Origin: an uncultured Bacilli bacterium
GTDB lineage: Bacteria > Bacillota_I > Bacilli_A > RFN20 > CAG-826
Direction: 5' to 3'
DNA length: 47,972 nt
Assembly (NCBI GenBank): GCA_905236395.1
Contig: CAJOPR010000008.1
Span: forward strand, 1 to 47,972
The first letter of the stretch is position 1. Each line of letters begins with the position of its first letter. Below the pieces are notes generated by a model. It did no database searches, was not told the origin of the DNA, and saw only the letters and a list, made by a program, of their open reading frames with translations. This document shows positions 8,514 through 16,632 of the stretch, piece after piece. Made by a program: the position numbers and the translations under genes.

Positions 8514-8945
8514 ATGTTTCACAAGATAAAAAATGTCGCTGCGCTTAACAATTACTTGTTATCTGTATCCTTTGTTGAAGGAGTCACAAAGATTTATGAT
8601 GTAAAACCACTATTTAAAAAATGGGATGTTTTTAACGAACTCAAAAAGAATGACTTGTTCAAAAAGGTAAAAGTGGACCAAGGCGGATATGGAATCTCTT
8701 GGAATGACGACATTGATTTAGCTTGTGACGAACTATTTTTCGAAGGAAAGTTGGTTCAAAGTCCGTTTGATGGTCTTATAGCTTTTACAGAAGCATGCCA
8801 AATGTGGAATCTTAACGAATCAACATTAAGAAAGGCCGTATCATATGGAAAACTTGTTGATGGTATTGATGTTTGCAAATTTGGCAAACAATGGGTCGTC
8901 ACCATCCAAGCAATGGAAAGAGAATATGGGCCAAGGATTGGATAG
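8514..8945 (+). CDS. DUF2442 domain fused to a C-terminal helix-turn-helix domain (143 aa)
   Basis: The N-terminal ~80 aa match the DUF2442 pattern (LSVSFVEGVTKIYDVKPLF...VKVDQGGYGISWNDDIDLACDELF). The C-terminal FTEACQMWNLNESTLRKAVSYGKLVDGIDVCKFGKQWVV resembles an excisionase/MerR-type HTH. Confidence 0.8.
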   Translation: MFHKIKNVAALNNYLLSVSFVEGVTKIYDVKPLFKKWDVFNELKKNDLFKKVKVDQGGYGISWNDDIDLACDELFFEGKLVQSPFDGLIAFTEACQMWNLNESTLRKAVSYGKLVDGIDVCKFGKQWVVTIQAMEREYGPRIG

Positions 8946-8964
8946 AGTTTAGGGATATAGACCT

Positions 8965-8991
8965 AAGCGCTCAAAGAGCGCTTTTTCTTTT
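8965..8991 (+). terminator. rho-independent terminator
   Basis: Stem aagcgctc/gagcgctt with loop aaa, followed by tttcttttg. Confidence 0.75.
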
Positions 8992-9012
8992 GTTCATAAG
9001 AACATATAAATA

Positions 9013-9021
9013 TGATAAAAT
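9013..9021 (+). promoter_or_regulatory. extended -10 element (TGaTAAAAT) 9 nt upstream of the GT2 ATG
   Basis: There is no SD between it and the ATG at 9031. A weak -35 ttcata lies at 8993-8998. This implies a leaderless or near-leaderless mRNA. Confidence 0.4.
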
Positions 9022-9030
9022 TTATACAAC

Positions 9031-10050
9031 ATGAAAAGAGCAGTTGTATTAATCCCTAGTTATGAACCGGATGACTTATTAGTCAATACAGTTCAAGGAC
9101 TTGTCGATGAAGATTTTCCTGTGCTTGTTGTGAATGATGGCTCAGGACCAGAATTCGAACATGTTTTTGATCAGGTTAAACCAATGGTCAAATATCTTGC
9201 TTTTGAAAAGAATAAAGGCAAGGGTGCAGCGATGAAATACGGCTATAAACATTTACTCGAATTATACCCTGATGCAGAGTTTGTAATTACTGCGGATGGG
9301 GATGGTCAACACGCACTGAAAGATATCATCAGAGTGTATGATAAAATGTGTGAGACAAATCAACTCGTCTTTGGTGTTCGTTCATTTGGTAAAGATGTAC
9401 CATTCCGTAGCAGATTTGGAAATGACTTCTCAAAAACGACTAGATCTCTATTAACCAAAACATATATCCAAGATGACCAATGTGGTTTAAGAGGATTTCC
9501 AGTTAGATACCTTGATCAATTGATTAAAATTAAGGGCAATAGATATGAATATGAGATGAACCAAATTGTCTCTTTCCAAATGATGCAATGCCCTCTATAT
9601 ACAATCCCAATTGAAACCATTTATTTGGATAGTAATTCTAGAAGTCATTTCTCTCCGTTTAAGGATACTTTTAGAATTCAAACAATTATCTTCACTCATT
9701 CCATCGGAGCGATTATTTGTAATGCATTATTGATGGCGATGATGATTATTGGATTGAACCATCATTTGATGCCCACAATTGGTGTGATATATATCTCATA
9801 CACTTTGTGTTTCTTACTATATTTCTTAATCATCAATATCTTCTATCCCACACAAACCTTCTTTAGAAGATTGTTTAAAGAATTACTATTTACTGCAATC
9901 AAGATGGGGAGCTGTCATGGATTCTTATTCTTGATGTTTGATTTAGCCCATGTTCCAGCGGGAGTGTGTGTTCCTATAGGTGTGCTTTTATGCGCATTTT
10001 TGAACGTTTTATTCTCCTGGTTATTTAGAAAGATGTTTCCATCCTTCTAA
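9031..10050 (+). CDS. family-2 glycosyltransferase with a polytopic C-terminal membrane domain
   Basis: GT-A N-terminus AVVLIPSYEPDD, VVNDGSG, KNKGKGAAMKYG and DGDGQH (DxD-type). The last ~120 aa form 3-4 TM helices. Confidence 0.85.
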   Translation: MKRAVVLIPSYEPDDLLVNTVQGLVDEDFPVLVVNDGSGPEFEHVFDQVKPMVKYLAFEKNKGKGAAMKYGYKHLLELYPDAEFVITADGDGQHALKDIIRVYDKMCETNQLVFGVRSFGKDVPFRSRFGNDFSKTTRSLLTKTYIQDDQCGLRGFPVRYLDQLIKIKGNRYEYEMNQIVSFQMMQCPLYTIPIETIYLDSNSRSHFSPFKDTFRIQTIIFTHSIGAIICNALLMAMMIIGLNHHLMPTIGVIYISYTLCFLLYFLIINIFYPTQTFFRRLFKELLFTAIKMGSCHGFLFLMFDLAHVPAGVCVPIGVLLCAFLNVLFSWLFRKMFPSF

Positions 10051-10092
10051 TACAAAGTGTTATTGTTGTCACTTTTTTATTACCACTCGTTA

Positions 10093-10120
10093 TTGAAACA
10101 ATTTATATTAAATATATAAT
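10093..10120 (+). promoter_or_regulatory. candidate sigma-70 promoter for the acylation operon
   Basis: TTGAAA (10093-10098), a 16-nt spacer, then TATAAT (10115-10120). The ATG at 10128 is only 7 nt downstream and has no SD. Confidence 0.45.
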
Positions 10121-10127
10121 TGATAGC

Positions 10128-10790
10128 ATGAGTGTTAAGAGTAAATATAAAGCTCGTGTTATCAAACCCCGTTACATCTTATTTGATATAGCTAGATGGT
10201 CTGGATGGCCATTTTTATTGTGGTATCGAATTAAGAAAGTTTACGAAAACAAAAATCAAAAAAAGAGGATTAAAGGTGGCGCACTTATAGTGTCAAACCA
10301 CATTCTCTACAGTGATGTTATGGTGTTATCTACAGCATTTTGGAAGAGAAGACTCCATTATATGGTTATGAAAGAAATCATGGCGAATAAATTCCTAACC
10401 TGGTTCTACACCCATTGTGGTTGCATTCCAGTGGATAGAGAAAAACCATCTTATAATTCTATTAGAGAAGTCACTCAATTACTTGAAGGTGGTAACGTTG
10501 TTACCGTCTTCCCTGAAGGACATGTCACATTCAAGAATGAAAACCCGATGTCTTCATTCAAAGGTGGTGCGGTCTTAATGGCCTATCAAGCCAACGTACC
10601 CATCATCCCTGTGTATAGGGAAGTGCGTAAGAGCGTGTGGCACAGACAAAAAGTAGTGGTGGGTGAGCCTATTAATCTCAGAGAGAAATTCGGAGAGAGA
10701 ATGGGCATGAAAGAAATAGAAGAGGCCACACAATACCTATTTGATAAAGAACAAGAGTTAAAAGCTCTCTACCATAAGGAGGAGAAGTAA
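10128..10790 (+). CDS. PlsC-family (lysophospholipid-type) acyltransferase
   Basis: HX4D motif NHILYSD (10299-10316), FPEGHV motif, N-terminal hydrophobic segment, 220 aa. Confidence 0.8.
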   Translation: MSVKSKYKARVIKPRYILFDIARWSGWPFLLWYRIKKVYENKNQKKRIKGGALIVSNHILYSDVMVLSTAFWKRRLHYMVMKEIMANKFLTWFYTHCGCIPVDREKPSYNSIREVTQLLEGGNVVTVFPEGHVTFKNENPMSSFKGGAVLMAYQANVPIIPVYREVRKSVWHRQKVVVGEPINLREKFGERMGMKEIEEATQYLFDKEQELKALYHKEEK

Positions 10791-10791
10791 T

Positions 10792-12309
10792 ATGAAATAT
10801 TTAGACAATCCATTCAAAAATTGCACTGACGCGGAAACATTAAAAAGAATTAAATGTTTCGATAGCGTTAACGAGATGTGGGCAAACTCCGTTAAAGAGT
10901 TCGCTAGTCAAGTCGCTTTAGCGGATCCAACAAGACAACTCACTTACAGTGAATTAGACGCTGAAGTTGCAAAATTCCGTTCAGTTTTAAAGGCTAACGG
11001 TTTAGCGAAAGGTGATTTTGTTGGTGTTTACGCCCCTAACACACTTGAATGGGTAAAAGCTTATTTAGCGGTTTCAACTTTAGGTTGCTGCGCAGTTTTA
11101 CTTCCACCTCATTTACCAGAACAAGCCTTGTTCGGCTGTGGAATGAAATTCCAAATGAAGGCTATTGTCTATCATCCAGCTTTGCAGGCAAAAATTGATG
11201 CACTTAACGCAATGCCTCACAAGATGAAACTTATCAATGTGATGGAAACAAGCGCTTCTTTAGAACCCGCTGTAGAAGTTGGTCCAAAAGATCCAGCGGT
11301 TATTATCTTCACAGGTGGTACAACTGGTAAGAGCAAGGGTGCTTTATTAAATCATAAGGCATTAGCGAGAGGCACATGCAATGGTTGTTATGGTATTCCA
11401 AATGTCTTTAACCAAAGATATTTGTTAGTCCTTCCATTAACACATGTATTTGGTTTAGTGAGAAACTTATTAACCAACTTACAAACTGGTAGTGCATTAT
11501 TCATCTGCCAAAACAATAAGGATATGTTTAAGGACATCGCTGTCTTTAGACCAACAATTATGGTTATGGTTCCCGCTTTAGCGGAAATGTGTTTGAACTT
11601 ATCCAAACAATTTAAGAGAAATATGTTAGGTGATTCCCTAACTCACATTATATGTGGTGCTTCCACAGTTCCTCCATACTTAGTGAAGGAATATAAACAA
11701 TATAACATCACCTTATTACCTGGTTATGGTTTAACCGAATCCGCCAACTTGGTTTCTGGCAACCATAGAAGTGATTACAAACCAGCATCCGTTGGTTTCC
11801 CATATCCAGAACAAGAACTCAAAGTAGTGGATGGTGAACTCTGGATTAAAGGTGATAACGTTATGGATTGCTACTATAACGATCCAGAAGAAAATGCAAA
11901 TGCGTTCTCTGAGGACGGATTCTTTAAAACAGGTGACCTTGTCAGATTTGATGAAGAGGGCTTCTTATTCATCGTTGGAAGAATCAAAGAAATCATCGTT
12001 CTCCCCACTGGAGAAAAGATTTCTCCATTTGATTTAGAGAACAAATTTGATGAATTAGATATTATCCAAGACTGTATGGTTTATCTTAATGAAGAAACTG
12101 GTGCGTTAGAGATTCAGGTGTACCCACGTATGCTCGAAATCGCTAGACTTGGATTAAGCAATCCTGAAGAATATGTCCGCGAGGAAGTGAAAAAAGTAAA
12201 TAATTTATTACCTTCTCATATGAGAGTTAGTAAAATTGTTATAAGAAAAGAAGACTTTATTCGTACCCCAGCGATGAAAATCATCAGAGGAAAGGCTAAC
12301 GCTTTATGA
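10792..12309 (+). CDS. fatty-acyl-AMP ligase / acyl-carrier-protein synthetase-like adenylating enzyme
   Basis: ANL-superfamily motifs FTGGTTGKSKGA, LPGYGLTE, FKTGDLVRFDEEGFLFIVGRIKE and a C-terminal PAMKIIR Lys. GYGLTE is typical of fatty-acyl rather than D-Ala/amino-acid activating members. Confidence 0.85.
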   Translation: MKYLDNPFKNCTDAETLKRIKCFDSVNEMWANSVKEFASQVALADPTRQLTYSELDAEVAKFRSVLKANGLAKGDFVGVYAPNTLEWVKAYLAVSTLGCCAVLLPPHLPEQALFGCGMKFQMKAIVYHPALQAKIDALNAMPHKMKLINVMETSASLEPAVEVGPKDPAVIIFTGGTTGKSKGALLNHKALARGTCNGCYGIPNVFNQRYLLVLPLTHVFGLVRNLLTNLQTGSALFICQNNKDMFKDIAVFRPTIMVMVPALAEMCLNLSKQFKRNMLGDSLTHIICGASTVPPYLVKEYKQYNITLLPGYGLTESANLVSGNHRSDYKPASVGFPYPEQELKVVDGELWIKGDNVMDCYYNDPEENANAFSEDGFFKTGDLVRFDEEGFLFIVGRIKEIIVLPTGEKISPFDLENKFDELDIIQDCMVYLNEETGALEIQVYPRMLEIARLGLSNPEEYVREEVKKVNNLLPSHMRVSKIVIRKEDFIRTPAMKIIRGKANAL

Positions 12310-12557
12310 GTAGAAACGAAATATTTAACAAATTAAAAGAACTCATTAAATTAGCAAATTCAAGTAATCCAGAAGTTCTAGATTCTTGTAGTGAAGAATC
12401 AGACTTAAGAGGAGATCTTGGATTAACATCTATCGGTGTTTTATATCTCGCAATTTCAATCGAACAAGAATTTAATATTGAATTCACCGATTCATCTTTT
12501 GATGATTTTACTAAAGTAAAAGACGTTATTGATTACATCGAAAAGAATCAGAAATAA
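12306..12557 (+). CDS. acyl/peptidyl carrier protein (83 aa)
   Basis: GDLGLTSIGVLYLAISIEQEF matches the DLGxDSL phosphopantetheine attachment motif (Ser42 codon at 12429-12431). ATGA overlap with the ligase gene. Confidence 0.75.
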   Translation: MSRNEIFNKLKELIKLANSSNPEVLDSCSEESDLRGDLGLTSIGVLYLAISIEQEFNIEFTDSSFDDFTKVKDVIDYIEKNQK

Positions 12558-13132
12558 TGGAAAAATTTGTCGCTATATATTTTGCCCATATTCCCTTTCT
12601 CTGTGATGGATATGTTCCAGATATCAGAAAGAAAGAAATTGAATCTTGTAACAATTTCAAAGTGAAACAAGAAAAGTTTTACATTTGGAAGTTACTAGAA
12701 ACCGCGATTAAAGAATGCTTTGGTGTCGATCCAAAAGAAGTAGTCTTTACTAAGTTAGATAATGGCAAATGGGTTTGCGATAGATGTTTCTTCTCCTTGT
12801 CGCACAGCCATGGTATTGTATGTGTTGCGGTCAGTGATGCCTACGTCGGTGTGGACATTGAATACATGGACACGAAGAGACATCCATTAAATCTCGTTGG
12901 TAAAACAGTTCATAAGAACGAGAAGTGTGAAACAGAAAATGATTTCTTCCCGTTATGGACAATGAAAGAAGCGTGGTTCAAATATTCAAACGATAATAAC
13001 TTCGTTCCAAATAAGATTGATACCACCGCGTTAACAAATGTGAAGACCGATTATCTTAATATCGGCGCTGAAAGATATGTTTGGAGTGTTGTCGGAGACA
13101 ACATTAACAATATAAAAATTTATTTTAAATAG
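12557..13132 (+). CDS. Sfp-type 4'-phosphopantetheinyl transferase
   Basis: GVDIE and WTMKEAWFK motifs, 191 aa. The start shares a base with the carrier-protein stop (TAATG). Confidence 0.75.
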   Translation: MEKFVAIYFAHIPFLCDGYVPDIRKKEIESCNNFKVKQEKFYIWKLLETAIKECFGVDPKEVVFTKLDNGKWVCDRCFFSLSHSHGIVCVAVSDAYVGVDIEYMDTKRHPLNLVGKTVHKNEKCETENDFFPLWTMKEAWFKYSNDNNFVPNKIDTTALTNVKTDYLNIGAERYVWSVVGDNINNIKIYFK

Positions 13133-13155
13133 GTCATAAATTGGAGGTAACTATT

Positions 13156-14088
13156 ATGGCTAATTATATTATTCTCTCTGATTCCTGCATGGACTTAAAT
13201 GCAGAAGAGAGAAAACAGTTCGGTATTGAAAAACCAGTTCCTGGTTCAATTCTTTACCCAGATGGTGCAGACCATCAAGCAGATATCGATTGGGAAACAA
13301 TCACGTTCGAAGATTTCTATCATCGTTTAGACAAGAAAGAAGTCTTTAAAACAGGTTTACCAAATCAATACCTTATTGGTTTAAGAGCGGAAGAAGCTTT
13401 CAAAGAAGGAAAAGACGTTCTCGCTATTACACTTTCTAGTGGTATGAGTGGAACATTCAACGCCTTCCTTATCGCTAAAAACGAATTAGAAGAAAAATAC
13501 CCAGGTAGAAAATTACTTGTCGTTGACTCTAAACGTTATAGTGGTGGTATTTCTATGCTTTGTATCGCCGCAAGCGAAAACCGTAAAGCTGGTATGTCCA
13601 TTGATGAAAACTACAATTTCTTAATGGAAAAGAAAATGTGCTTACACCAAATTGGTATTTTAGATAACTTATTCTTCTTACACAGAAGTGGTCGTATTAG
13701 TTATGGCAAAGCTTTCTTTGGCTCCATGGCTGGTGTTAAACCAATGGCGGATTTCTCCAATGAAACCGGTATGCCATGTGTCTTAGGCAACGCCAGAGGA
13801 TATAAAGCTTCCTATAAAGTGGCAAAAGAATTTATGTCCGCTTTAATTGAAAAAGATCCAAAGTACTTAATCGTTGTTCACAGCATCAGAGAAGAACAAG
13901 CGAAAGAGTTTGAAAAGATCGCAAAAGAAGTCGCTCCAAAGGCTGAAGTCATCGTTTCCCGCATGGGTCAATCAAACGGTGTTAACGTCGGTCCAGGCTT
14001 AGCCGTTGTCTTCTTCTTCGGTGAAAAACCAGTCAGTAAAGATTGTGAAGAAGAAAGAGCACTTTTAACTCAAATTTTGAAGAAATAA
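13156..14088 (+). CDS. DegV-family fatty-acid-binding protein (divergent)
   Basis: YIILSDSCMDL start and AITLSSGMSGTFNAF motif. GGAGG lies 8 nt before the ATG at 13156, so the listed 13141 TTG is unlikely. Confidence 0.8.
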   Translation: MANYIILSDSCMDLNAEERKQFGIEKPVPGSILYPDGADHQADIDWETITFEDFYHRLDKKEVFKTGLPNQYLIGLRAEEAFKEGKDVLAITLSSGMSGTFNAFLIAKNELEEKYPGRKLLVVDSKRYSGGISMLCIAASENRKAGMSIDENYNFLMEKKMCLHQIGILDNLFFLHRSGRISYGKAFFGSMAGVKPMADFSNETGMPCVLGNARGYKASYKVAKEFMSALIEKDPKYLIVVHSIREEQAKEFEKIAKEVAPKAEVIVSRMGQSNGVNVGPGLAVVFFFGEKPVSKDCEEERALLTQILKK

Positions 14089-14100
14089 TAAGGTTTTGCA

Positions 14101-15087
14101 ATGATTTTGCCCGTAATTCAAGCAAATTTACTATGGTATCACTGGCTTATAATTGGAGTCGGAATTTTCATTTTTGTTTCGCTTGTCGTCGGCATTGCCT
14201 TGATCGTGGAGACCGCTAGACGTGTGTATCTTCACACCTTATCAAAGAGAATGGCGAAAGAGGGAAGCTGGGGAAGAGTTTGCTCCGCTCCAGATAACCC
14301 AGAACAGATGAAAATGTGGAACGACGGCATTGAATACATGTCCCAATTCCAAGATAAAAAAGAGGACGTCCAAATTGAAAATGATGGACTCAAACTTTAT
14401 GGTGAGTTCTACAATTTTGGCGCCAAGAAAACCGCTCTATTCTTGTGTGGTAGATGCGAATGCTTGATGTACGCTTACTACTATGCAAAACCATATATCG
14501 AATCCGGTTTAAATGTTTTGTTCATCGATCCAAGAGCCCATGGCTTAAGCGATGGTGAGTTTTCCACAGTTGGTATCAAAGAAAGTGAAGACGCCTTGGC
14601 ATGGATGAAATATTTAAAGGAAACCAAAGGGCAAGAAAAGTTTGTTTTACACTGTCTCTGTGTTGGTGGTTCCGCTGGTTTATTAGCGGTCACAAGCAAA
14701 AATAACACCGACTTAGTGGAAAAGATTGTCTTAGATGGTGTCTTTATTAACTTCTTAGATTCCTATAGAAGACACTACGTGGATTTAGGCCACAAAGTAT
14801 TTCCAGTTTTTTACCTCATCTGGATGTGGTTCAGAATCTACACTAAAGTGTCCGTCAAACAATCTTCGCCAATTAATCTAGTTCCAAACGTTCATATTCC
14901 TGTCCTTTTTATTCACACAAGGAATGATAAATTCTCTGTTCCAGAAAACGCTGTTAAGGTGTTTGATGCTTGCGCCAGCAAAGAGAAAACCTTTGTTTGG
15001 TTTGATGAAGGAACTCATTCCCATATCAGAAATCATGCGATGGCAAAATATGATAGTGCTATCAAAGATTTTTTGACAAAAAAGTAA
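14101..15087 (+). CDS. membrane-anchored alpha/beta-fold hydrolase/acyltransferase with Cys at the nucleophile elbow
   Basis: N-terminal TM helix and PRAHGLSDGEF. The nucleophile-elbow position reads LHCLCVGGSAG, with Cys codon 14659-14661 where GxSxG Ser is expected. Downstream candidates are Asp (HTRNDKF) and His (EGTHSH). Confidence 0.75.
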   Translation: MILPVIQANLLWYHWLIIGVGIFIFVSLVVGIALIVETARRVYLHTLSKRMAKEGSWGRVCSAPDNPEQMKMWNDGIEYMSQFQDKKEDVQIENDGLKLYGEFYNFGAKKTALFLCGRCECLMYAYYYAKPYIESGLNVLFIDPRAHGLSDGEFSTVGIKESEDALAWMKYLKETKGQEKFVLHCLCVGGSAGLLAVTSKNNTDLVEKIVLDGVFINFLDSYRRHYVDLGHKVFPVFYLIWMWFRIYTKVSVKQSSPINLVPNVHIPVLFIHTRNDKFSVPENAVKVFDACASKEKTFVWFDEGTHSHIRNHAMAKYDSAIKDFLTKK

Positions 15088-15127
15088 TTACTATGTAATA
15101 TAAACTCTCCTAATGAGGAACCAATTT

Positions 15128-15979
15128 ATGAAAATTGCTATTTCTACAGAATCAACATTAGATATCCCAAAGGAATTACAAAAAGAATACGAAATATCCG
15201 TTATTCCATTCACTGTTATCCTAGGTGATGAAAGTGGTCTTGATGGAGAAATTACTCCACAAGATATCTTTGATTTTGTTGATAAGACTGATGTCTTACC
15301 AAAAACCAGTGCGATTAATGAGTATCAATACGATAAACATTTCACAAAGCTTCTTAAAGAATATGATGCTATCATTCATATTTCATTAAGCTCAGGCATT
15401 TCTTCTGCTTGCGCTAATGCACAACACGCAGCATCTATCTTAAAGAATGTTTATGTCATTGACTCCCAAAGTCTTTCTAGTGGTATTGCTTTATTAGCCA
15501 TTTACGCTCGTAAGTTAGCTAACAAAGGTTTAACCCCAGAAGAGATCGTGGAAAAAGTGGAAGCAAGAGTTCCATTTGTGCAAGCTAGCTTTGTAATTAA
15601 TTCTTTGAATTATTTATATAAAGGTGGTCGTTGTTCTGGACTTGCTAGATTCTCCGCAATGCTATTCAGAATCAAACCACAAATCATCGTTAAAGATGGC
15701 AAGATGATGCCACAAAAGAAATATCATGGTAAGAGTGAAGTCTGTGTCCAACAATATTGTGAAGACACACTCACTGAATTCAATAATCCTGATTTATCAG
15801 TAGCGTTTGTGACACACAGTCACGCTACAGAAGAAATGAGGAAGATTGCTTATGACTTCCTTAAGGAACGTGGATTTAAGAAAATCTATGACACATACGC
15901 GCAAGCGACAATCACTTCGCACTGCGGTCCAAAGACATTAGGCATTCTCTTCATTAATGATGGGTTGGAAGATGATTAG
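15128..15979 (+). CDS. DegV-family fatty-acid-binding protein
   Basis: MKIAISTESTLDIP, LPKTSA and HISLSSGISSACANA are canonical DegV motifs. GAGGA SD precedes the ATG at 15128. Confidence 0.85.
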   Translation: MKIAISTESTLDIPKELQKEYEISVIPFTVILGDESGLDGEITPQDIFDFVDKTDVLPKTSAINEYQYDKHFTKLLKEYDAIIHISLSSGISSACANAQHAASILKNVYVIDSQSLSSGIALLAIYARKLANKGLTPEEIVEKVEARVPFVQASFVINSLNYLYKGGRCSGLARFSAMLFRIKPQIIVKDGKMMPQKKYHGKSEVCVQQYCEDTLTEFNNPDLSVAFVTHSHATEEMRKIAYDFLKERGFKKIYDTYAQATITSHCGPKTLGILFINDGLEDD

Positions 15980-16000
15980 CCCTTAAGGGCTTTTCTTTTT
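15978..16000 (+). terminator. rho-independent terminator ending the lipid module
   Basis: Palindrome agccc-ttaa-gggct followed by tttttcttttt. Confidence 0.6.
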
Positions 16001-16026
16001 ATACAAAAAAAGATCATTTCTGATCC

Positions 16027-16632
16027 TTATTTGTTTTTCTTACTGTTCTTCTTTAAGAAGTACCAGAGAATTGCTAATCCTTCTAGTGGCACCCCAATGG
16101 TGAATAATAACCACGCATTAGGAATATCTGTTTTTAAGATCACTGTGAGGAATACTGATGTAATAGTGCACCAGATAATTCCGGATGTCGCTATTAACTG
16201 ATAGAAATTCTTATGATAGATTCCTGACCAAACCACCGCGAGAATGAATGCTGCAGCGGACGCATAGACGAATAATAGCCACCAAGGGAAGAGATTTGGT
16301 AAGGCGATGGATAAAATCACATACGCTAGTCCAAACACGAGCCAGAGAAGCGCTTCGCTTAATCCAACAATAAACCAATGCTTCTTTGTCTTGTTCTTTG
16401 GAAGCTTTTTCTTTTCTTCTTGAAAAAAGTCATCCACGGTAATGCCATAGAAGTCTGCGAGAGATTTTAAAACTAAAACATCCGGCATGCCTTCCGCTCT
16501 TTCCCATTTAGAGATGGATTTATCAGAGTAGTTGAATTTCTCTGCGATCTCTAATTGGGTAAGACCTGCGGCCTTGCGGTAGTAGATGAGATTCTCAGCA
16601 ATAATGTCTTCGATACGTCTTTCTTCTTGCAT
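16027..16632 (-). CDS. membrane-tethered XRE-family HTH transcriptional regulator
   Basis: HTH_3 motif LIYYRKAAGLTQLEIAEKFNYSDKSISKWERAEGMPD followed by 4 TM helices. ATG at 16632 is preferred over the listed TTG at 16650. Confidence 0.8.
   Translation of the reverse strand: MQEERRIEDIIAENLIYYRKAAGLTQLEIAEKFNYSDKSISKWERAEGMPDVLVLKSLADFYGITVDDFFQEEKKKLPKNKTKKHWFIVGLSEALLWLVFGLAYVILSIALPNLFPWWLLFVYASAAAFILAVVWSGIYHKNFYQLIATSGIIWCTITSVFLTVILKTDIPNAWLLFTIGVPLEGLAILWYFLKKNSKKNK

Noticed and set aside
8146-9030. Integrated mobile island at the tmRNA 3' end (attL/attR duplication, integrase).
   Set aside because: I found no second copy of the tmRNA 3' segment (tcgactccacca or a longer part of it) downstream. 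There is no integrase or recombinase gene. Only the two-gene cassette can be supported.
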